Part shown: positions 56,888-64,000 of the stretch, piece after piece | Position numbering within the stretch: position 1 is the first letter of the stretch | Layout of the letters: each line of letters opens with the position of its first letter | Source: an uncultured Planctomycetales bacterium | GTDB lineage: Bacteria > Omnitrophota > Gorgyraeia > Zapsychrales > JAHFFX01 | Assembly (NCBI GenBank): GCA_964612665.1 | Contig: CAZTCI010000003.1 | Location: 207,734 to 271,733 of the forward strand | DNA: 64,000 nucleotides | Reading direction: 5' to 3' | Program-made: the position numbers and the translations under genes | The notes under the pieces: generated by a model | Told to the model about the DNA's origin: nothing | The model's input: only the letters and a program-made list of their open reading frames with translations | Database searches by the model: none

Positions 56888-58036
56888 ATGTTTTATCCAA
56901 AATTTTTCATAAAAGGCCTATCAATCCTTATCGGGTTGATGGGCCTTTTTGTTTCGGTAAGTTTCGCGGAGACTATTCTTTTAAAAAACGGCGTTACAAT
57001 TCATGGAGATATTTTAGAAAGGAACGAAAAAACTGTAAGAGTCAAAACCAGCGTCGGGCTTGATATCATCTATGATGTTGGTCAGATTGAAAGCATCAAC
57101 GCGGTTTCGGTTGAACCGTATAAAGTTACTGCACCAAAAGAAAACTCCGCCCAAACAATTCCAGCGCAGCCTGCCGGGGATTTTTCCAGTGTGGTGCAGA
57201 CAAAGAAAAACTTTGTCATGGCTCCGGCTGATATAGAAGCCGCTGAAGCAGCGGAAATAAAAGCGCGGCAATATTTAGATGCACAGCAATTTGATTTAGC
57301 GATCGGCGAATTCACCAAAATAATTCAAAAGAACATCCAGAATCCAATAGCCTTTTATAACCGCGGCAATGCTTACATGATGAAAAAGGATTTCCCGTCG
57401 GCAATTGCGGATTATTCGCAGGCATTAATTCTTGATCCTCATGACGCCCCCTCCTATGGCAACCGGGCGGTTGCTTATCAAAATAACGGGCAAATTGAGA
57501 AAGCCGTTGAGGATTTCAACAAATCATTAGAACTTGATCCGTCGCTTGAAAAATCCTATTTCGGTTTGGGCTATATTGCCGATCAAAAAAAAGACGTTGA
57601 ATCTGCTCTTAGCAATTTTACAAAAGCGTTAAATTTAGATCCAAACGATGCCAAAGCGCGTGAATATCAGGCAGATCTGTATATAGAGAAGAATGATTTG
57701 GACGCGGCGCTGGCGGATTTCAATTATTTAATCGACCACAACCAGGCTTCAGCCAAAACTTATTACGGCCGTGGTTATGTTTCTTATAAAAAAGATGCGA
57801 CGCAACAAGCGATCGTGGATTTAACGAAGGCCATTGATTTGGAGCCGAAAGGTGAATACTATTACGCCCGGGCGGGAGCTTACTATAATCAGCAGGACTT
57901 GAACCGCAGCAAGGAAGATTTCAAAAAAGCCAGCGAATTGGGTGTGGCCGTCGACAAGAAATTCTTAGGAAATTTAGAAAAAGCCAACGAAATGGTGGCC
58001 AAGGCTTTGAAAAAAAATTTAAAATATCCGCAATAA
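56888..58036 (+). CDS. Secreted tetratricopeptide-repeat (TPR) protein
   Basis: Signal peptide MFYPKFFIKGLSILIGLMGLFVSVSFA, then at least 6 TPR units (AFYNRGNAYMMKKDFPSAIADYSQALILDP...). The start is at the Met 10 nt after GGAGG; the ORF track begins 50 codons earlier, inside the hairpin. Confidence 0.7.
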   Translation: MFYPKFFIKGLSILIGLMGLFVSVSFAETILLKNGVTIHGDILERNEKTVRVKTSVGLDIIYDVGQIESINAVSVEPYKVTAPKENSAQTIPAQPAGDFSSVVQTKKNFVMAPADIEAAEAAEIKARQYLDAQQFDLAIGEFTKIIQKNIQNPIAFYNRGNAYMMKKDFPSAIADYSQALILDPHDAPSYGNRAVAYQNNGQIEKAVEDFNKSLELDPSLEKSYFGLGYIADQKKDVESALSNFTKALNLDPNDAKAREYQADLYIEKNDLDAALADFNYLIDHNQASAKTYYGRGYVSYKKDATQQAIVDLTKAIDLEPKGEYYYARAGAYYNQQDLNRSKEDFKKASELGVAVDKKFLGNLEKANEMVAKALKKNLKYPQ

Positions 58037-58063
58037 CCTCCCCAACCCCGGGGGTTGGGGAGG
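58037..58063. terminator. Perfect palindrome CCTCCCCAACCCC g GGGGTTGGGGAGG (13-bp stem) exactly between the convergent stops of the TPR gene and fmt
   Basis: Read directly. No U-tract on either side. Confidence 0.5.
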
Positions 58064-59014
58064 TCAGCCGCTGGGATTGTCAAGGCGTTCGCCGGACTTA
58101 AGTTTGTGCCCGGCGAGAAAATCTTTCACGGTCATTACTTTACCGGCTTCAGGCTGGACTTTTTTAATCAACAAACCTTTATCGGCGCAAGCAACTGTAA
58201 ATCCCGCTTTATCAACTGAACTAATTTCTCCGGGCTCGAAATTTTTTAATGATACATCCGCATCCAAAACTTCTGCCTCCAAAATCTTAAGCATCTTTCC
58301 TTTATAACGCGTATACGCCGACGGCCACGGCAAAAGACCGCGGATAAGATTGTGAATGTCCTCCGCTTTTTTATTCCAGACAATCATTCCCAATTCTTTA
58401 GTCAGTTTAGGCGCCAAACTCACCTGCGCTGAATCCTGTACCGTTAATGTGTAAGCATTTTTTTCCAACGAATCGATTGTCTTTAAAAGAAGTCTGGCGC
58501 CCAAATCCGCCATTCGGGCGCGTAAACTTACGGCTGTATCCGACGGATCAATTTTAATTTTCGTCTGAGCAAATATGTCGCCGGCATCCATGTGCGTGTT
58601 CATCTTAATGATGCTGACTCCTGTTTCTCGGTCGCCATTGATAATCGCCCAATTAATCGGCGCCGCGCCGCGGTATTTGGGCAGCAACGATCCATGAACA
58701 TTCATACAGCATAAATAAGGAATTGATAAAACTTCGATTGGCAGGATGCGCCCATAAGCAATCACGACGAACAGATCGCTTTGAAATTCTTTAAGGGATT
58801 CGATAACGTGAACTTCTTTTAAATTAGTCGGCTGGAAAACAGGAATGTCATGGCGGCCGGCGAATTCTTTGATCGGCGGCATAGTAAGCGCCATGCCGCG
58901 GCCTTTTGGTTTGTCCGGCTGAGTAACGCAGGCGACCACGTCGTGCTCGGAGGCTTTCAAGGCTTCCAAACTGACTTTCGCAAAATCGTCGCTGCCGAAG
59001 AAAATTATTTTCAT
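58064..59014 (-). CDS. fmt: Methionyl-tRNA formyltransferase
   Basis: KIIFFGSDDFA...VVACVTQPDKPKGRG; the HxSLLPxxRG formyltransferase motif (HGSLLPKYRGAAP); 316 aa. Confidence 0.85.
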   Translation of the reverse strand: MKIIFFGSDDFAKVSLEALKASEHDVVACVTQPDKPKGRGMALTMPPIKEFAGRHDIPVFQPTNLKEVHVIESLKEFQSDLFVVIAYGRILPIEVLSIPYLCCMNVHGSLLPKYRGAAPINWAIINGDRETGVSIIKMNTHMDAGDIFAQTKIKIDPSDTAVSLRARMADLGARLLLKTIDSLEKNAYTLTVQDSAQVSLAPKLTKELGMIVWNKKAEDIHNLIRGLLPWPSAYTRYKGKMLKILEAEVLDADVSLKNFEPGEISSVDKAGFTVACADKGLLIKKVQPEAGKVMTVKDFLAGHKLKSGERLDNPSG

Positions 59015-59039
59015 GATAGGTTTTAGATTTTAGGTCTTG

Positions 59040-59077
59040 GGTGTTAGGTGTCCACCTAAACCTGAAACCTAACACCT
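59040..59077. repeat. AT-rich hairpin GGTGTTAGGT - 18 nt - ACCTAACACC between priA and fmt. Member of the GTGTTAGGTG palindrome family
   Basis: 10-bp perfect stem. The same core occurs at 16293-16303 and 16313-16323. Confidence 0.5.
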
Positions 59078-59079
59078 CG

Positions 59080-60937
59080 TTAAGGATCTACATTCACCGA
59101 AATAACAACGCCCTGCTTCTTCTTAAACTCCTTAAGCCTCTCGCGAATCAACCGCACGATCTTCTCAACCGATTTTCCTTTCACTAAAATAGTGAATCGG
59201 AATTTATCCCGGAGTTTAGGAATGACATCCGGGTGCGGCTCGAGAATTTCAATACCGCGCGGTGGATCGCGAAGCAGTCCATTATAAAATTCCTGCGCTA
59301 ACTGTGAAACAATTTCTTCTTTAATCCCGCGCAAACCGACCGCGACCAAATGCCGGAAAGGCGGCAGGCTTAATTCTCGACGGAGATTCAGCTCTTCTTT
59401 ATAAAAATATTTAAAATCCATTTTAGCGGCCGCTTTCAAACAATAATTGTCGCTTAATTTTGTCTGAACAATGAGTTGTTCACTCGTTAATTGTTCAAGA
59501 TGGACAAGAAGATCAAACGCGCGCTCCGCGGACCGGAAATCATGACGATTAAGTTCAGCGTCCATTTGTAAAACACCGACCAGAGGAATAGAAATTTTCC
59601 CCGTCTCGCGCAAAATCGCCTGGGTCGCAACCAAGATATCAAAATCCGGCGGAATATGCGGCACTTCTTTGTCATATCGCCGGACGCGGGCCTGAGGGAA
59701 AAGCCGCGCCAATTCACTTTCGGTTTTTTCGATTCCCAGCCCCATGGATTTCAACGACGCGCTGTGGCATTGCGGACATTCCTTCGGGAAACTCATCGTT
59801 TCATGACACAGACGGCAAATGAGCTTTTTCTTGGCATAAGAATAAATTAAATTGGTTGAACAGCGACGGCAACGCAACGTGTGCTGACACTTGGGACAGC
59901 GCGTCAGCCAATTAAAACCCAGCCGGTTCATAAATAAAATAACCCGGCCGCGATCCTTCAATGTTCTTTCAATTTGATTGCGCAACGGAAAAGAAACGAG
60001 CGGCGTTTTTCGGGGATGATAATTCAACAGGTCAAGAATGATGATCTTGGATTTTTTGGACGAGGGAATAATTTCTTTTTTAAATGGCTTACGTCTGGCC
60101 AATTGCCAGAGCTCAAGGCTTGGCACTGCGCTGATAAAGCCAACACGGCACTTCTCTTCTTTCGCGCGCCAGAGCGCGATGTCGCGGACATGATAAAAAG
60201 GTGATTGTTCTTGTTTGTAAGCGCTGTTCTCTTCTTCATAGACAACGATGAGTCCCAATTGATTGACCGGCGCAAAAATGGCAGACCGCGTTCCGACGAC
60301 AATTCGCGCTTGATTATTTTTGATCCGCTGCCATTCTTCCAACTCTTTTTTTAACGTTAAACGTCTGTCCAGGACAACGACATCATCGATACTTAAATCG
60401 CGTTTTAATTTTGAAACGATATCGTCAATTAAAATAACTTCGGGCACCAAGAAAATAACCCGCTGATTACCAGTGAGACATTTTTTGATAGCGGGAATCG
60501 TCCAGGACCAGTGTTGGGTGAGGTGCGGCGAATGGATAAGGGCGAGGCCCGCGGCGCCGGAGTCGTTGAGGGCCTCGCCCTCGGGCGTTTTTTCGGCGTC
60601 AATTTTAACCGCCTTCCCCTGCCGTATTAAATCCGGCAAAACCGTTTCAATCGCCTCTCCCCGCGAACAAGCGTAATAATCCGAAATCTTTTGCGTTAAA
60701 TTCAAAAGCGCTTCATTTAAAACCGGTGTTTCATCAATGACCGTCAAAATATTTTTTAACTTTTTCCACCGGCTTTGGCAGGCGAAACCGATCACATAAC
60801 CAACTTTCCGGCGGTGTCCGAATTGAACCCAAACCCGGCCGCCGACTTTGATTGTTTGACGCAATCCCGTCGGAATAAAATAATCAAAAGGGCCCGCGAC
60901 CGGCAGGCCCACGACAACCTGAGCGATTGTGTTATCC
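59080..60937 (-). CDS. priA: Primosomal protein N' (PriA) homolog with degenerate Walker A/B helicase motifs
   Basis: N-terminal 3'-DNA-binding region (VVGLPVAGPFDYFIP...VWVQFGHRRKVGYVIG) and a Cys-rich zinc ribbon (CPKCQHTLRCRRCS...CRLCH...CPQCH). Where GxxGSGKT is expected the sequence reads SPHLTQHW, and DEEH is replaced by YEEN. The start is set at MDNTIAQ, whose ATG overlaps the stop of the upstream gene (ATGGATAA). Confidence 0.65.
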
Positions 60938-62041
60938 ATAAATAAGGGAAATAATATCTTTGACGGCCTGAGGCTTGGCCAAGCGCTGGGTATTTTGCTG
61001 CGCGGCAATATACGTTTCAGGGGAAGAACTTAAACGCTTCAATTCTCCGACGATCTGGCTGATCGAGCAATCACTAAAACCAATATCATATTGTTTAAGA
61101 ACTTTCACATTATTCGTCTCTTGTCCGGGAATGGCGTTAAAAAAGATCATGGGCAATTGGCTGACAAGCGCTTCCGAAATCGACAACCCGCCGGGCTTTG
61201 TCACCATCACATCAGACAGCGCCATCAATTCATTCATATTATTCACCAACCCGTACACTTTGACGGAATCAAACTTCTGCTGACTTAACCGTTCAAACAA
61301 TTGTTTATTGTGTCCGCACACAACCAAAACTTGAAACCCGTTTAAAGCCTTAATAATTTGTTCAATCGGCCCCATGCCAAAAGATCCGGTCGCGACCAGC
61401 ACCGTAAATTTATTATCCGTAAGTCCAAACTGCCTGCGTAAAGCCATTTTATCCGGCCGAAAGTGAAACTTTTTGTCCGTCGGAATTCCAGTGAGCAATA
61501 TTTTCTCCGGAGGAATTCCTAAAGAGATTAGTTTCTTTTTAGTGAAATCACAAGCACCCGCATAATAATCAACGCCCGGGGCGGTCCAAATATGATGCAC
61601 ATCAAAATCAGTCACGACGACGATCACACGTGATTTGATTAACCCTTTGGTTTTCAAATCCCCAACAACTTCATTCGCCAAAAAATGCGTCGAGACAATC
61701 CAATCGAATTGTTCTCTTTTTAAAAATTCTCGCAAACGCGCGGTGTTTAATTGATTGTAAATCCGGCGGATAATTTTAACCAGCGGCTGAAGGAACCCAA
61801 CGTCTGCTAAAGCAAAAGCAAATCCCCAAAGCCAAGGCACACGCGTCACCATAATGCTATATGATTTACGGTAACTGTCTTTAAATAAAGCGGAGGTATA
61901 ATCCAGAGAATCAATAATGACAATATCGTCGATGACACCCTTACCGTCATCCGGTTGGCGGCGTTTTAAGCCGTTAAAGATCGCTTCAGCCGCTTTAGTG
62001 TGACCGGCTCCGGCTGAGCCGTGGACGATGAGAATTTTCAT
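60932..62041 (-). CDS. GT28-family glycosyltransferase (MGDG synthase/UgtP-like diacylglycerol glycosyltransferase)
   Basis: KILIVHGSAGAGHTKAAEAI N-terminal motif of the MGDG_synth family; 369 aa. Confidence 0.55.
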   Translation of the reverse strand: MKILIVHGSAGAGHTKAAEAIFNGLKRRQPDDGKGVIDDIVIIDSLDYTSALFKDSYRKSYSIMVTRVPWLWGFAFALADVGFLQPLVKIIRRIYNQLNTARLREFLKREQFDWIVSTHFLANEVVGDLKTKGLIKSRVIVVVTDFDVHHIWTAPGVDYYAGACDFTKKKLISLGIPPEKILLTGIPTDKKFHFRPDKMALRRQFGLTDNKFTVLVATGSFGMGPIEQIIKALNGFQVLVVCGHNKQLFERLSQQKFDSVKVYGLVNNMNELMALSDVMVTKPGGLSISEALVSQLPMIFFNAIPGQETNNVKVLKQYDIGFSDCSISQIVGELKRLSSSPETYIAAQQNTQRLAKPQAVKDIISLIYG

Positions 62042-62612
62042 ACGTTATAATGTTGGTGGCTTCCCATAAATTTTTGGCGATATAATCGGGTTTAACCGGC
62101 CACTTGCGGATACTTTGCCGCGTTTCCCTTCCAGATAAAACGAAGATCGTTTGGCACCCGGCGTTACGTCCTGCGAGAATATCGGATTCCGTATCTCCGA
62201 CAAAGAATGATCCGGGCGCTTCGCGCATCGAGGTTTTCATAATTTGAAAGGCTTTACGGATAGAACCAATTCCTGGTTTGCGGCAGCCGCAGCCGTCGTT
62301 GGAACGGTGCGTGCAGTAAAAGACTTTTTTGATCTTCCCTTTCTCCCGCGACACACCTTTGAGCATGAAACGGTTAATGCGGGTTAATTTATTCTGAGAA
62401 TAAATGCCTTTGCCCACGCCAGCCTGATTGGAAACAACGAAGATAGAATAACCATCTTCGGTCAAACGGCGTATCGCCTTTAAACTTCCTGGGACGAACA
62501 GAAAATCTTTAACCTTGGTCACATAATTTCCGTTCCCTGGGAATTCGTTAATGACTCCGTCTCTGTCTAAAAAAACAATTTTTGCATTACGTTTTGGCAT
62601 TATCTTTGGCAC
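61995..62612 (-). CDS. gmhB: D-glycero-D-manno-heptose 1,7-bisphosphate phosphatase (HAD, histidinol-phosphatase-like)
   Basis: IVFLDRDGVIN (DxD), VVSNQAGVGKG, and a CxH..CxC zinc motif (CTHRSNDGCGCRKP). Confidence 0.7.
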   Translation of the reverse strand: MPKIMPKRNAKIVFLDRDGVINEFPGNGNYVTKVKDFLFVPGSLKAIRRLTEDGYSIFVVSNQAGVGKGIYSQNKLTRINRFMLKGVSREKGKIKKVFYCTHRSNDGCGCRKPGIGSIRKAFQIMKTSMREAPGSFFVGDTESDILAGRNAGCQTIFVLSGRETRQSIRKWPVKPDYIAKNLWEATNIITYENSHRPRLSRSRSH

Positions 62613-63372
62613 GCTGACTTCCGACAGTCATTTCCCAATACTTCGCGTAACTCATGATTTGATAAAGTGAGGCAAAAAACGCAACCATGAAACCGATAAA
62701 ACCGTCTTTGTAACCTTTTTTTCCAATAAAACTGCGTGGAAACCGATCCATGGTCCGCCACACGGCCTGGCCTAATGACATCTTGCGTCCGGTATGAATC
62801 CATTTCTTGGCTTCTAATGTTGTTTGCCGGTTTAGACTTGCCAAAAAATGTTCAAAGTCTGGGTAACCTTTATGAATGATATCTCTGGTCAGATGTCCGG
62901 TCTCTCCGTCGACATAAACTCGCGGATGGACTTCGACTTCCTCATAACGAAAACGGCTTTTCATAAAAAGCCTGAGCTTTCCGGCTGGATACCAGCCAGA
63001 ATGCTGGACCCAATAAGGGCCGATATAATTTTTAAGTGGGATTGAATACGCTTGGAATTGATTATTTTGAATAGCCGATGCAATTTCAGTCCTTAATTCA
63101 TCAGAAACTTTTTCATCCGCATCAAGACTTAAAACCCATTCATTGCGTGCTTGAGCGTAAGCCCAGTTACGGTGCTTGCCTTCATTGTCCATCCGGCGGT
63201 AAAGGATCCGATCGGTATACTTCTTGGCAATCTCAACAGTACGGTCGCGGCTCTCGTCATCCACAATCACAATCTCATCCGTCCATTTAAAGACACTTTC
63301 GCAACATTCAGCGATGTTGGCTTCTTCGTTTTTAGTGATTACAACGACAGATAAAGGAACTTTCGCGAGCAT
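62587..63372 (-). CDS. GT2 glycosyltransferase, LPS-core type (WaaE/KdtX-like)
   Basis: LSVVVITKNEEANI, IVIVDDESRDRT and LSLDADE. Confidence 0.6.
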   Translation of the reverse strand: MLAKVPLSVVVITKNEEANIAECCESVFKWTDEIVIVDDESRDRTVEIAKKYTDRILYRRMDNEGKHRNWAYAQARNEWVLSLDADEKVSDELRTEIASAIQNNQFQAYSIPLKNYIGPYWVQHSGWYPAGKLRLFMKSRFRYEEVEVHPRVYVDGETGHLTRDIIHKGYPDFEHFLASLNRQTTLEAKKWIHTGRKMSLGQAVWRTMDRFPRSFIGKKGYKDGFIGFMVAFFASLYQIMSYAKYWEMTVGSQRAKDNAKT

Positions 63373-63414
63373 AACCCTTTCTCGAAAAAAATAATAGGCA
63401 CTTTTTTAAGTTTA

Positions 63415-63600
63415 TCAGCGTTTATCGAGCTTTTTTGATCTGTGGGTGAGTAGATTTTTCTTTGTTCTCAATGCCCGGATTACATGCAGCTCATACAACA
63501 TTGGATCGTGGGGATAATCATTTTTAATTTCTTTTTGCAAACGTAGGACTTTCGCCTTTGATAACCCGGACTCTTTAATGGCTTTATTAATATCAAACAT
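63415..63600 (-). CDS. Small hypothetical protein (61 aa), possible partner of the PIN protein
   Basis: ORF only; basic C-terminus; no recognisable family. Confidence 0.25.
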   Translation of the reverse strand: MFDINKAIKESGLSKAKVLRLQKEIKNDYPHDPMLYELHVIRALRTKKNLLTHRSKKLDKR

Positions 63601-63608
63601 ATTAACTC

Positions 63609-63992
63609 CTATGAAAGTTCTGGGGGCGCAATAATTTCAATGACGCCGTAACCTTCTTTCAGATTAACTAAATTGACCATTTGACGTGTTTTAACATTAA
63701 CAAAATGTTTAAAATTCCAACTTACAAGAAATTGCATTCCATTGACAACGGCTATAGCAATGTGAAGAGCATCATTAAAATATTTCTGTGGCAAAATTCC
63801 TGCGTTCACATAAGCCTTAGCCAAATTTTTAACTTTACTATCTAATTTCAAAATAATACAGTGCTCGATGAGTTTCAATAAATTTTCTTTCAAATCTTGC
63901 GGAACAACTTGATTTAATTCGTCAATAACAAGCGTTGAGACATAAAGCTCATAGAGGTCTAATTTATGCCAAAAGTCATGAGTCAACTCCAT
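63609..63992 (-). CDS. PIN-domain (VapC-like) protein
   Basis: LVIDELN acidic box and NDALHIAIAVVNGMQFLVSWNFKHF, resembling the DALIAATA...LVT.N..DF PIN motifs. Confidence 0.45.
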   Translation of the reverse strand: MELTHDFWHKLDLYELYVSTLVIDELNQVVPQDLKENLLKLIEHCIILKLDSKVKNLAKAYVNAGILPQKYFNDALHIAIAVVNGMQFLVSWNFKHFVNVKTRQMVNLVNLKEGYGVIEIIAPPELS

Positions 63993-64000
63993 ACGCTCTT

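Overview
The window is a gene-dense segment of a bacterial chromosome with about 45% GC (low-40s over most of the window; only the giant gene is about 50%). Strong AAGGAGG Shine-Dalgarno sites are visible, for example upstream of pilA and gap. The gene content suggests a diderm lineage, possibly Omnitrophota-like, but this is inference only, based on the type IV pilus with a secretin, the giant surface gene and the heptose/LPS genes. Almost all genes from 309 to 44270 lie on the minus strand.

Contents, in order:
1. 1.3-6.8 kb: a pseudaminic-acid-type nonulosonate cluster (pseB, pseC, a CMP-sugar cytidylyltransferase) joined to a PseA/WbuX-type amidotransferase and HisH/HisF-like partners that build an acetamidino group.
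2. 6.8-9.3 kb: an MsbA-like ABC exporter and a winged-helix regulator.
3. 9.5-28.2 kb: a large surface-glycan island. It holds four putative GT-C (ArnT/PMT-like) membrane transferases, two of them clear paralogs. It also holds three polyprenyl-phosphate GT2 enzymes, one fused to a methyltransferase, and dedicated sugar-nucleotide enzymes: an RmlD-like reductase, an FdtA-like ketoisomerase, two DegT-type aminotransferases, a WbpB-like oxidoreductase, an LbH acetyltransferase, three SAM methyltransferases, two epimerase/dehydratases and an acyltransferase-3.
4. 28.2-29.5 kb: metF and arsC.
5. 29.6-30.8 kb: a PLDc_N membrane protein and a HicB-HicA toxin-antitoxin pair.
6. 30.8-43.1 kb: a complete type IVa pilus cluster with pilB, pilC, pilA, a fused pilM-pilN, pilO, pilP, the pilQ secretin, and three minor pilin-like proteins, one of them 691 aa.
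7. 43.2-44.3 kb: gap.
8. 44.9-56.9 kb: one 3,992-aa secreted giant protein (details in the findings below).
9. 56.9-64.0 kb: a TPR protein, fmt, a PriA whose Walker A and B motifs are lost, a GT28 glycolipid synthase, gmhB, an LPS-core-type GT2 and a PIN-domain protein.

No rRNA, tRNA, CRISPR array or transposase is evident.

The most interesting points:
- The giant modular surface protein, which carries a glycosidase-like domain.
- Two families of long intergenic palindromic hairpins, one AT-rich with a GTGTTAGGTG core and one GC-rich.
- The GC-rich hairpins are associated with the duplicated GT-C genes and with the leader of the giant gene, which also contains a local resemblance to a c-di-GMP riboswitch.
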